Origin: Spirochaetota bacterium
GTDB taxonomy: Bacteria; Spirochaetota; UBA4802; UBA5550
NCBI GenBank assembly: GCA_963664815.2
Contig: CAXXHB010000003.1
Coordinates: forward strand, 3,552,001-3,616,000
Direction: 5' to 3'
DNA length: 64,000 bases
The translations under genes and the position numbers were made by a program. The notes beneath the pieces are model-generated. The model saw nothing but the letters and a program-made list of their open reading frames with translations, was not told the origin of the DNA and searched no databases. Of the stretch, positions 18,376-28,159 are shown piece by piece; position 1 is the stretch's first letter, and each line of letters opens with the position of its first letter.

Positions 18376-19719
18376 TCAATCCTGTTTATTACTTCTTGTC
18401 CATATTTTCATCTTCACGGCTTCTTTAATAAGATTATCCCTGAAGTCGGGATGGGCAATACCGATCATAGCCTCTGCTCTCTGCCATGTTGATTTCCCTT
18501 TCATCATTGCAATACCATATTCCGTGACTATATAATGTGAAATTGACCGTGGAACGGTTACAATTGAACCGGGCTGAAGCGTCGGGACAATCCTTGATTT
18601 AACAGTACCATCCTTCTCTTTATATGTTGATGTTACGGCAATTATCCCCTTTCCGCCGGTAGAGTTAAATGCACCGAAAATGAAATCAAGCTGCCCCCCC
18701 GTACCTGAAATCTGCCTGTAGCCTGATGATTCCGAACATACCTGGCTGAAGAGATCTACCTCAACCGCATTGTTAATTGCAGTAACTTTCGGATTAAGTG
18801 CGATTATCCTCGGGTCATTTACATAATTTACAGGGAACGATGCACATGTCGGATTTCTGTGCATGAAATCATAGAGCTTCTTTGTACCCATGGCAAAAGT
18901 ATAAGTCATCTTGAAATGATCTATTTTTTTCTTTCTCCCGGTTACCCTCCCGGAATCGTAAAGATCAACGCATGAATCGACCAGCATCTCCGTATGCAGG
19001 CCAAGATCTTTCAGGTCGCTCCCTGAAATCAGCTGACCGATAAGGTTCGGCAATCCCCCGATGCCAAGCTGAAGCGTAGCTCCGTCTTCAATCTCTTTCA
19101 TTATTATATCCGCAATAACTCTCTCAATATCAGTCGAAGATGCCGGTTTAACCTGCGCAAGCGGCGGATTTGATGTTTCAACAATATGATGAACATTCGA
19201 GATATGTATAGATTCAAAATTTCCCCCGAGGCAGTAAGGAACGTTCTCATTTACTTCCACAACAATCCGTTTTGCCTTGCTTAAACATGCACCGGTAATA
19301 GAGTTGGACATCCCGAAATTAAAATACCCGTTATCATCCATTGGCGCGGTTGTTACAAACACGACATCAGGGTTAAGGTACTTTCTTACAATCCTCGGAA
19401 CCTGGTGATAAGTAATAGGAATGTAATTACACTGGTTATTATCATGAAGCTTTCTTGAAATACCTCCGAAGTGATAATCATTTACTATGGCATGCTTTCC
19501 TTCAGGATCTTTCACTATAACCTCAGGAGATTTTGTATAACATGTACTTCTTATTTCAACATTCTCAAGCTCATGAATCCTGTCAGCAAGAGCACTGTCA
19601 AGAAGCTGGGGAAAAAGAACAAATTCTCCATAAAAAACCTGATTTCCCGATCTGACCAGTTTTGCAGCATCCACGGCTGAAATAAGCCTGGATCTGTATT
19701 CATCAGTAAAACGACCCAT
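18376..19719 (-). CDS. Acetyl-CoA hydrolase/transferase family (4-hydroxybutyrate or butyryl-CoA:acetate CoA-transferase-like)
   Basis: DGATLQLGIGGLPN, DLGLHTEM, SGTGGQLDF, VTEYGIA, IAHPDFR. Confidence 0.92.
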   Translation of the reverse strand: MGRFTDEYRSRLISAVDAAKLVRSGNQVFYGEFVLFPQLLDSALADRIHELENVEIRSTCYTKSPEVIVKDPEGKHAIVNDYHFGGISRKLHDNNQCNYIPITYHQVPRIVRKYLNPDVVFVTTAPMDDNGYFNFGMSNSITGACLSKAKRIVVEVNENVPYCLGGNFESIHISNVHHIVETSNPPLAQVKPASSTDIERVIADIIMKEIEDGATLQLGIGGLPNLIGQLISGSDLKDLGLHTEMLVDSCVDLYDSGRVTGRKKKIDHFKMTYTFAMGTKKLYDFMHRNPTCASFPVNYVNDPRIIALNPKVTAINNAVEVDLFSQVCSESSGYRQISGTGGQLDFIFGAFNSTGGKGIIAVTSTYKEKDGTVKSRIVPTLQPGSIVTVPRSISHYIVTEYGIAMMKGKSTWQRAEAMIGIAHPDFRDNLIKEAVKMKIWTRSNKQD

Positions 19720-19912
19720 TTAAACCACCTCTTACTTTATTTTCTGTATTTTTCAATCAGACAGTAATAATAATTACTGATAATAATCCCACATATAAAA
19801 TTTGTCAGAAGTTTTATTAACATCAAATTGTAGTCAAGAATAATAACAAAATCTTTGATTTATATCCGATACTACCTGTAGAATTTGAATAAAACCTTGT
19901 AAAGAGGTGAGC

Positions 19913-21754
19913 TTAATTATCCTGGAATGAAATTTCGACAGAGACACCTTTATAACCGGAAAAAGCTATCTCCCCCCGCAGCTGTTTAACAAGCGCATCT
20001 ATTAACTGAAAACCAAGATTCCCCTCCGCGGGATAACCCACTCCGGGGGGTAAACCTGATCCATTATCAGAAATTTTCATGATAAATCTGTTTTCCACTG
20101 CACCATCCGGGGAAAGGGAAATATTCACAAGGCCGCTGTTCCCTGGAATAAAGGCATGTTTAAATATATTAGAGAGTATCTCATTTACAAGCTGAGCAAG
20201 AGGAATAGCAATATTCAGACCGAAATGCAGATCAAGCGCATCTATTGCCACTATGATTTTTGTTTTATCAACACGGTATGATGTCATAAGCATCGGAACA
20301 AGGCTTCTTATATATGCATTGATATTGATTGATGTAAAATTATCACTGCTGTATAATTTTTCATGAACCAGAGCCATAGTTCGGACCCTGTTCTGGCACT
20401 CGTTAAGAATATCCCTAAGTTTATCATCACTCTGGCGGGAAGCCTGCAGGCTTATCAGGCTGATTATAACCTGCATATTGTTTTTTACCCTGTGATGAAC
20501 TTCTTTCAGCAGGAGTTCCTTTTCATGAATAATATTCTTCAGATTGGACTCATAGGTAATCCTGTTCAGAGCTATCTCAATGCTCTCTACTATCCCCTGG
20601 CAGAATTCAATCAGTTCCTTATTAAAAAAATTTTCTCTTTTATCAAGAAGCATGCAATATCCTGCTACTTCATCCTCATTTTTAAGCGGGATTACGGCGC
20701 ATGAAAGAAAATTTTCAACAACGGGGGAATCCTCAAAATTTTCCACTGATACCCTGCAGTATTCTGCAAGATTGTTTGTCCAGAAAAGTGAATCTCCTGC
20801 AAGTTTCCGGCAGAATGGTTCATCAAAGCCCATGATAACAGCATTTTTCACTTCAGGTGAATATGTTTCCGGAAAATAATTGTTTTTACCGGTTAAACTA
20901 CTCAGAAGGCTCTTCGATCCGAACTTATAATACTGACCTCCGGTGTTAAGGTTTATAACAAGGGCATCCAGTCCGGTTTTACTTCTTATAAGTGTAAGAA
21001 TATCGTTTATCAGATCCGAATCTGTCTTTTTGCGATTTATCAATTCAAGCACTTCAATTGAAATTCTCTGACGTTCAGAGGCCTTTTTCTGCATGTTATC
21101 ATGTTTTTTCTGCTCACTTATGTCCCTGAAACTCAGAATCAGGTTATTTATTCCCGATTCAGTCTTCAGCGGGTAGAAGTTAATTAAATAATAGTTACCT
21201 TCACCTTTTTCACCCTGGAGATAAACTCCCATAAACACGCTCTCGCCGCAGAAGCTTCTCAGCGCATTTTCCTGAAACTCCTTCATTTTAATATCGTTAT
21301 TAAGAAGCAGGTGTATATTACCGACATCCCGCCTGAAAATTCTTTTAAAAGAATCATTAGTGAGAATTATATCAAATGACTTATCAATAATTACTACTGC
21401 TTCCTGTATTGAATAAAGTATATCTCTGTATATTTTCAGCTGAATATCGCCTGACTGCATCCTCCTGAGATACGATACGGTTAATCCAACAGTAAAAAAA
21501 AAGACAGAACGTATAATGTCATGAAATATAAGAAAAGATTTTCCGGAGAAATAATCTGCAGCCAGCAGCAAAACCACAAGGGACATGATAACCGGAATGA
21601 CACGATATTGCCACCAGAAGGCAACCAGTATTATGGGGATATAAAAGAAATGTGTAAAAAAATTATCATAACTGACTGTAAATCTGAAATAGTAAATCAG
21701 GAAACCTGAAAATAATAATATAACACATGTTATTAAATGTTTTAATTTAATCAT
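19913..21754 (-). CDS. Membrane sensor histidine kinase (TM-PAS-GAF-HisKA_2)
   Basis: N-terminal TM helices; EVHHRVKNNMQ; DNG.G; LGFQLI. Confidence 0.9.
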   Translation of the reverse strand: MIKLKHLITCVILLFSGFLIYYFRFTVSYDNFFTHFFYIPIILVAFWWQYRVIPVIMSLVVLLLAADYFSGKSFLIFHDIIRSVFFFTVGLTVSYLRRMQSGDIQLKIYRDILYSIQEAVVIIDKSFDIILTNDSFKRIFRRDVGNIHLLLNNDIKMKEFQENALRSFCGESVFMGVYLQGEKGEGNYYLINFYPLKTESGINNLILSFRDISEQKKHDNMQKKASERQRISIEVLELINRKKTDSDLINDILTLIRSKTGLDALVINLNTGGQYYKFGSKSLLSSLTGKNNYFPETYSPEVKNAVIMGFDEPFCRKLAGDSLFWTNNLAEYCRVSVENFEDSPVVENFLSCAVIPLKNEDEVAGYCMLLDKRENFFNKELIEFCQGIVESIEIALNRITYESNLKNIIHEKELLLKEVHHRVKNNMQVIISLISLQASRQSDDKLRDILNECQNRVRTMALVHEKLYSSDNFTSININAYIRSLVPMLMTSYRVDKTKIIVAIDALDLHFGLNIAIPLAQLVNEILSNIFKHAFIPGNSGLVNISLSPDGAVENRFIMKISDNGSGLPPGVGYPAEGNLGFQLIDALVKQLRGEIAFSGYKGVSVEISFQDN

Positions 21755-21850
21755 ATTACACGCCTATCAAGAAGCGTAACATGAAATAATCATAATGTCA
21801 ATATAATTCCTTTATAATTCCTTTATATTTACTCTATATTCTTAATAATA

Positions 21851-22111
21851 TTAAAACCAGACGGCAACATTTGTCTTACTTTCTATCAGTTCCATGGTTT
21901 CTTTGGGTATTCCCCTGAAAATAATTTTCTTGTTATCAAGCATTGCAAATCTCTGTGCAATGCAGATAGTTTTTATAAGACCGGGCTCAAATGTTTCAAG
22001 CCTTGTGAAATCAAAAACAAGCTGCCCGTCATTGCATCCGATACTCCTTACCCTTCTGAAAAATTCAAAACTGTTTTCAAATTCCACACTTTCAATAAAA
22101 TCACAACTCAT
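21851..22111 (-). CDS. Small STAS-like hypothetical protein
   Basis: LVFDFTRLETFE.GL...I.F.G pattern; GGGGGG RBS; located in a signalling cluster. Confidence 0.5.
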   Translation of the reverse strand: MSCDFIESVEFENSFEFFRRVRSIGCNDGQLVFDFTRLETFEPGLIKTICIAQRFAMLDNKKIIFRGIPKETMELIESKTNVAVWF

Positions 22112-22144
22112 AAAATCCCCCCCCTCTTTTTTATGGATTATGCG

Positions 22145-22504
22145 CTAATGAAACTTTTTATAGTCTATAATTGTATTTGCCAGTTCCTCAAAATCATTCG
22201 ATTTATCGAAAAAGTAATCAGCTCCATACTCTCTGCATTTATCTATATAGTAATTATCAAAATAATTACTCAGCATCGCAACAGGTATACACGGGCTGAG
22301 TTTCTTCATTTTTTTAAGAACATCAACTCCGCTTCTTTTATTCAGTTTAATATCAAGAATAACAAAATCGGGATTTAATCCGCCTATAAGACTCCAGTCT
22401 TCATCGCCTGTTATGCCGAGTACACTCACACCATCGTAAGATGAAAGCATCGAAAGAATCCGTCCGCGAATTAAAGAAGAATCATCAACAACAAGAACTC
22501 TCAT
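22145..22504 (-). CDS. Single-domain response regulator
   Basis: MRVLVVDD, ILDI, GADYFFDKS. Confidence 0.88.
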   Translation of the reverse strand: MRVLVVDDSSLIRGRILSMLSSYDGVSVLGITGDEDWSLIGGLNPDFVILDIKLNKRSGVDVLKKMKKLSPCIPVAMLSNYFDNYYIDKCREYGADYFFDKSNDFEELANTIIDYKKFH

Positions 22505-22631
22505 ATTTTTTCCTGTCAAAGCATGATGAATATTTAACACAGAAGGGAAAATAACACAATCAGACAAAAACTAATTATTACCGGGTTTTTTGCTATTTTA
22601 AAGGTAAGACAAACGCAGGGCTTAGATCTCT

Positions 22632-22658
22632 TTTTGTCCTACATTTTGTAGGACAAAA
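22632..22658. promoter_or_regulatory. 12-bp inverted repeat, possible regulator binding site
   Basis: ttttgtcctaca-ttt-tgtaggacaaaa between the two response regulator genes; no trailing U-tract. Confidence 0.4.
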
Positions 22659-22723
22659 TACTACAGGATAAAAAATGAGATATTGATATTTTTCAGTATT
22701 AAAATTACTCAGAATAAAAATTA

Positions 22724-23359
22724 TTACATTTCCAGAAGATTGTTTTTTATGACATAATGCGTGAGTTCGGAATTATTCTTCAGATTCATCTTTTCCAGAA
22801 TTCTCTGCCTGTATGTACTGATTGTTTTAACACTCAGGAAAAGTTCAGAACCTATTTCAGTCACTGTTTTACCGGATGCGATCATGCACATAACCTGAAA
22901 TTCGCGGTCTGTCAGCTTTTCATGCGGCAGTTCCAGTCCGCCTCCGGCTATGCTGTCGGCAAGGGTTTCAGCAAGAGTAGGGCTGATATACTTTCCGCCG
23001 GAAACCACTCTTCTTACTGCAGTGATAAGATTTTCACCTGCTGTCTCTTTAGTGATGTATCCCGATGCGCCGGCCTTTATTGTACGGACAGCGTACTGGT
23101 CTTCGGCATGCATACTGAGTACAATTATCGGAAGATCTGGTTTAATAATCTTTATATGCTTTATCGCGTCTATACCGCTTATACCTGACATTTTAAGATC
23201 AAGGAGTACAACATCATAATCATTTTTTTTAACAAGCTCTATAAGGTTTTCACCGTTATTCGATTCCCCGGTAACCTCCATGTCATCATCATCGGATATT
23301 ATCTGTTTTAAACCGGCCCTTACAATTTCATGATCATCTGCTATTACAATTCTTATCAT
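22724..23359 (-). CDS. NarL/LuxR-family response regulator
   Basis: IADDHEIVR receiver domain; LTDRE...LSVKTISTYR.RILEK HTH. Confidence 0.95.
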   Translation of the reverse strand: MIRIVIADDHEIVRAGLKQIISDDDDMEVTGESNNGENLIELVKKNDYDVVLLDLKMSGISGIDAIKHIKIIKPDLPIIVLSMHAEDQYAVRTIKAGASGYITKETAGENLITAVRRVVSGGKYISPTLAETLADSIAGGGLELPHEKLTDREFQVMCMIASGKTVTEIGSELFLSVKTISTYRQRILEKMNLKNNSELTHYVIKNNLLEM

Positions 23360-23377
23360 TAACTTATTCTCTCCAAT

Positions 23378-24799
23378 CTAAAGGGGAATCACCACATGCA
23401 CGGATACACCATTTTCAGCCCCGGAAATATTAAGTGAGCCGTTAAAAGATTTAACCCTCTCCTTCATCCCGATTATTCCATATGACCCCTTGTTCACCAG
23501 ATTTTCGCTGCTGAAACCGCGGCCATTATCCGTTATTACCATTTCAACATTGTCCGCACTTTTACCAAGAGAAATATCGACTTTCTCAGCATTTGAATGT
23601 TTGATAATATTTGTTAGAGACTCCTGGAAAATTCTGAAAAGGGCAACGGCTTTCTCTTCTGAAAGGCCGGGAATATCATCACAGTTTAAACTGCACATAA
23701 TCCCTGTCCTTTTTCTGAACTCCTCGCTTTGCCACTCAATAGCAGCAGCCAGTCCCAGATCGTCAAGAATTCCCGGGCGGAGACTTGCGGAAAGCCTCCT
23801 GACTGTTACGATAACATCATTTATAAGCCCGTCCATTACTGCCGCTTTATCAAGGAGTTCCCGGTCTTCAGGATTAATTTTTTTTCTCATCCAGGACAGA
23901 TCCAGTTTAAGCGCGGTAAGTGACTGACCGAGTACATCATGGATCTCTCTGGCAATATTGGTCCTTTCCTTTTCCCTCAGCGACTCGATGTGAGATGTAA
24001 GGTTACGCAGATCCTGCCTTGATTTTAAAATTTCTTCGAAATACAGTTTATACTGAGTGATGTCCCGTATAATACCCTGGAATCCACCCCCCTGTACGCC
24101 GCCGTATTCATATTTCTTCAGAGTGATCTGTACGTCCATTACTTTCCCCGACCTGGACTTCATCCTGCATTCAAAATCACTCACCGCTCCCTGCTCTGCC
24201 GCAAGATAGATAAATGCGTCGTACTCACTCTGGTCATAAAAAAATTCAGATGCACTATGCCCCAGAAGACAATCACTCTGGTATTCAAAAAGATCAATCA
24301 TAGCCTGGTTGACATCGATAATAACCTCAGCTTCATCGGCAATAAATATCGGATCAAGAGACTGTTCAAAAAGGGTTCTGTACTTAATTTCACTTTTTTT
24401 CAGTTCTTTATCAATGCTGAACCTGTGAAGGGCAATTTCAATTGAGGTGTAAAGATCTCTCTCCTCTATAGGCTTAACTATATAGCCATAAGGACCGGTA
24501 AGATTCGCTCTCAACAGTGATTTATCATCGGAATGCGCAGTAAGATAGATAATCGGAACATCAAAATCCTGATGAATCACCTCGGCGGCTGAAATACCGT
24601 CCACATTTCCCGAAAGCATTATATCCATCAGAACAAGATCCGGTTTCTCCTGTTCAAAATGTTTAAAGCATTCCTCAGCCGTACCGGCAATACCGGTTAC
24701 TCCATATCCAAGATTTTCCAGTGTCAGCTTGAGATCCATTGCTATAATCAGCTGATCTTCAACGATAAGAATCTTCTTTTTATCATTCTTAAATTTCAT
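23378..24799 (-). CDS. Hybrid sensor kinase (REC-PAS-HisKA_3)
   Basis: ILIVED receiver domain; PAS; IAREIHD.LGQ.L; QESLTNIIKHS; DNGRGF. Confidence 0.92.
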   Translation of the reverse strand: MKFKNDKKKILIVEDQLIIAMDLKLTLENLGYGVTGIAGTAEECFKHFEQEKPDLVLMDIMLSGNVDGISAAEVIHQDFDVPIIYLTAHSDDKSLLRANLTGPYGYIVKPIEERDLYTSIEIALHRFSIDKELKKSEIKYRTLFEQSLDPIFIADEAEVIIDVNQAMIDLFEYQSDCLLGHSASEFFYDQSEYDAFIYLAAEQGAVSDFECRMKSRSGKVMDVQITLKKYEYGGVQGGGFQGIIRDITQYKLYFEEILKSRQDLRNLTSHIESLREKERTNIAREIHDVLGQSLTALKLDLSWMRKKINPEDRELLDKAAVMDGLINDVIVTVRRLSASLRPGILDDLGLAAAIEWQSEEFRKRTGIMCSLNCDDIPGLSEEKAVALFRIFQESLTNIIKHSNAEKVDISLGKSADNVEMVITDNGRGFSSENLVNKGSYGIIGMKERVKSFNGSLNISGAENGVSVHVVIPL

Positions 24800-25058
24800 T
24801 AAAATCTTCCCGATCACTGATAAATATCTGCACAACAGCATCCCTTCAACTTAGGCAGAAACATGATATATTTCCACCCGGATGTCATCAGGTTTTTCAT
24901 TAAAAGAAATTAAAGGCGTTTTTCTTTTCTTATTCTTATAAGCCGGATAAGGCAGGCTTATACAGGGAAAACTAAATACTCATAGTGTTATGAGTATATG
25001 CTTTTTAAATGCCTATTTTATTTTGACATATTATTGCTGTATTGTCAAGGTATTATTT

Positions 25059-25631
25059 TCAGAATTTTTTATCTTCGCAGCGCATTTCCAGATAAAGTCT
25101 GCCTGACCCGCTTTTTGGCCTGGTTATCATTGAGATAAAAAGAACGAAATCCATATAAATTACAGCGATTATGGAAAGATATGATTCCAGCAGATAAATC
25201 CTGTAGAAAGTACTGATGAGTGTATCAGCAAGTTTTAAAACTATACTATCTATAAATCTGTAATTTTTCGCGCACTCATAGTAAACCGTACCACATGTAT
25301 TCAACGCTGTTTTATCTCCAAGGAAAGATCTCCAGAGGGCTCTTCCACCTTTACCGCTCTTAATATCCAGCTGAAGCTGCTTTGTTGCAGCCCACAGAAG
25401 GGCCTGCGACAGTTCCCTGTTCTTTTCATTCATGGAGGTATCTTTACAGATTGAGGAGAGATGATATTTATGGTAATCAATGGAACGCTGAAGTATCTTT
25501 CTCCATCGCCCAAGCCGCAGTTTTCGGTACGCCAGAAGCAGTATAATTAAAAGAGCATAAACTCCCCACTCCCTGATGTGAGGATTATTTACCAGATGAC
25601 AGAGCGCCTCTTTCAGAAAATCGATCTTCAC
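25059..25631 (-). CDS. Hypothetical membrane protein
   Basis: 190-aa ORF with two hydrophobic segments; start overlaps the upstream stop (ATGA). Confidence 0.6.
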   Translation of the reverse strand: MKIDFLKEALCHLVNNPHIREWGVYALLIILLLAYRKLRLGRWRKILQRSIDYHKYHLSSICKDTSMNEKNRELSQALLWAATKQLQLDIKSGKGGRALWRSFLGDKTALNTCGTVYYECAKNYRFIDSIVLKLADTLISTFYRIYLLESYLSIIAVIYMDFVLFISMITRPKSGSGRLYLEMRCEDKKF

Positions 25632-26332
25632 CTTTCTGCCTTCATTTTTAAAAGAACCTTCTGCAGCTCATCTATCGCTTTTCTTACATTTTCATCGGTA
25701 CCGAACATCTTTACCTTGATAAAAGCATCCCGAAGCCTTGATTCAAGAACATCCAGCTTTGCTGCCTCACTCTTCAGTTCTTCCGGCGGTGCAAGATTAA
25801 ATTTTTCCAGTTCAGGATACTTTCCGTTTATTCTTTTAATTTCAGGGATAAAGATATTCAGAGAAGAGGAGAATTTATTCACTGCTGCTGCAATAACAGG
25901 CGGATCCTCCGTTGATTCAATTTTAAGAATAAAGTCTTCGTAGAGTTTTATCAGTTCAGAGAGTATTTTCTTTGCATCACTGTATTTTATACCGCTGTTG
26001 AGAGTGTCAGAGTAGTAAACGTCCTCCCCATGTTTCAGTAAAATGGTTCCATTTTTACTGTTTACTGTACATCTGAGGAATTTCCCATCGGCATCATCAA
26101 TTTTCAGATTAATCTGTTCGTTTCCCCTTACAACAAAAAGAAGAGCCCCTTTAGTCAGCAGGTATTTTTTCTCAGGGGAGTTTATCACAACAATTCCGTC
26201 TCTACCCGTTTCCCCGGTAAACTCAAGCTTCCCTATGACATACCCGTCAGAAGCATGTTCCGCTCCATAGGCAATCAGGGAGATGAGAATTGCCGGAAAA
26301 AGCAACACCTTTATCAGATTATTTATCTTCAC
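25628..26332 (-). CDS. Hypothetical exported protein
   Basis: Signal-peptide-like N-terminus; GGAG RBS before GTG. Confidence 0.65.
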   Translation of the reverse strand: MKINNLIKVLLFPAILISLIAYGAEHASDGYVIGKLEFTGETGRDGIVVINSPEKKYLLTKGALLFVVRGNEQINLKIDDADGKFLRCTVNSKNGTILLKHGEDVYYSDTLNSGIKYSDAKKILSELIKLYEDFILKIESTEDPPVIAAAVNKFSSSLNIFIPEIKRINGKYPELEKFNLAPPEELKSEAAKLDVLESRLRDAFIKVKMFGTDENVRKAIDELQKVLLKMKAER

Positions 26333-26574
26333 GGGAACTCCATGTTAAATATCAGAGTATTTCCAGTCCGGCGTTTACCGCACTCAGGAGATCCTTATGG
26401 TATGGTTCCTAATCCCACCTTATCTCCCGAAAAAAATAAAGAAATAAAACAGATCTGTTAATTATAAACACTCCTTTCATCCGGTCAATTAAATATTTTC
26501 AGCAGCAGAAAGCTGAATAAATTATCAGTGTTCAACAGATGAAAGAAATCAGATATGATTAATCTCACTGAATA

Positions 26575-27915
26575 TTACCTGATTCTTCTACCCTGTGTGT
26601 AGGCTTTCTCATACCATCCGAAGTTGACTCCGAATCTTATATCTTTATCATCACGGTCGTAGCCGTTAAAACCCCACTCCAGCCTTATACGTTCAAGCAC
26701 CGGTACTATAAGGTGAATACCGAAAAAGACCGAACTGAGGCTTTTACCCTCCCTGAACCGGTCGCCGGGAAACCAGTAGAAAGCATAATCCGTTCCCGCA
26801 ACACCCTGCAGACCGTAATATGCATTCAACCCGAAAAGAGACAACTGCCTGTTGGCAAAGAACTCATACCGGTACTCGAGAGTACCGAGAATTTCATGCT
26901 GGTCACATATTGATGGATCGGGGGAAAATGACCTCAGGCTGTTTATTCCCCCTATATGATAGAGTTCATATCCGGTAATTGTTCCCGGTCTGTAACGGCC
27001 GAGAATATTGGCATGAAAGATGTTACTGTTTCCGGCCGGGATATATCCCCTGAAATCGTATTTATATTCCATGAAATCGGCATCTCCGCCCAGCATTCCG
27101 CCATGAACGGATATATCCACTTCGTTATAGAAACCTCTATGCGGATTCATCAGCCTCTCCCTTGTGTCTACAGCAATACCGGCGCCGAGAGAAGGGATAT
27201 AATCCCAGTTACCATCTCCGCGAAACATCAGTAATTCCCTGTCATTCCCGGCAAAATACGGAGAACTTTCATCATGCCTGACGAAAAGGAGCGATCCGTT
27301 TGTAAGAAGGCTCAGGTTATCGCTGCATCTCCATTTAAGGTTAAGGGTCGAGTAATAAGAATTCTCGTTAAAAAGTTTCAGTGCATTCCATGAATCCATG
27401 TATTCAATTTCAGACTCAACTGATACCGGTATTGAAAACACCTCGGGAATATAAAGATAATATAAAAACTCTTTCGCCCTTAACGGATCCGGCAATACGG
27501 TTTCTCTTGACAGGAATTCCTGATGGATGGCAAGGCCGAATGTATTTATTACTGTAAAGCCGGGCCCGATCATAAGCCCATCCTGGTCTGTCCGCTTCAT
27601 GGCAGGGAAAAACAGAAAATATGGGAGCTCTTTGAAATTGTATTGAAGTATCTCCCCATCGGATTCCGCAGTAATATTATAGTTTATATCTGCAAATATA
27701 TCGTAATTCATAAGAATTACTCTCTCTTCGTCCCATAACTGAAGACTGAAATCGCTCCCCTCCCTGTTCTTCAGTCTTGAACGGATAAAATCCTGGTCGG
27801 TATTGTTGAGGCCGGTGAATGTTATTTTTTTTATAAGCGGATATGACTCAATATACCCCGCGAAAAGAATGAGGAGCATAAAAACTATACATTTTTTTTT
27901 CTGAAAATTCATCAA
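26575..27915 (-). CDS. Omp85/BamA-TamA family outer-membrane protein with POTRA domain
   Basis: IKKITFTGLNNT POTRA; DTRE...P.RG; IGG.NSLRSF; EYRY. Confidence 0.82.
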   Translation of the reverse strand: MMNFQKKKCIVFMLLILFAGYIESYPLIKKITFTGLNNTDQDFIRSRLKNREGSDFSLQLWDEERVILMNYDIFADINYNITAESDGEILQYNFKELPYFLFFPAMKRTDQDGLMIGPGFTVINTFGLAIHQEFLSRETVLPDPLRAKEFLYYLYIPEVFSIPVSVESEIEYMDSWNALKLFNENSYYSTLNLKWRCSDNLSLLTNGSLLFVRHDESSPYFAGNDRELLMFRGDGNWDYIPSLGAGIAVDTRERLMNPHRGFYNEVDISVHGGMLGGDADFMEYKYDFRGYIPAGNSNIFHANILGRYRPGTITGYELYHIGGINSLRSFSPDPSICDQHEILGTLEYRYEFFANRQLSLFGLNAYYGLQGVAGTDYAFYWFPGDRFREGKSLSSVFFGIHLIVPVLERIRLEWGFNGYDRDDKDIRFGVNFGWYEKAYTQGRRIR

Positions 27916-28116
27916 ACGGTTTTCACACCTCAGGCATTCCGGATTGCGAAACCGTCATCACCGAAGTATAACATTCTCCTTTTTTTAAAATGCAGCCGGG
28001 AAGTACCGTTTATATTTTAATAAAAATTTACGCAAACATAAAAGACTTTACCAGCCGGTTTTTTACATTGAGAATGGCACAAAGCGGATAAAGGGATTAT
28101 TTCCGGTTTTTATTAC

Positions 28117-28146
28117 TATACCGCCGATAAAGACCGGCGGTTTTTT
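28117..28146. repeat. Dispersed hairpin repeat, copy 1 (terminator-like)
   Basis: tataccgccgataaagaccggcggtttttt; second copy at 37547-37578. Confidence 0.6.
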
Positions 28147-28159
28147 AAAGGCAGTTACA

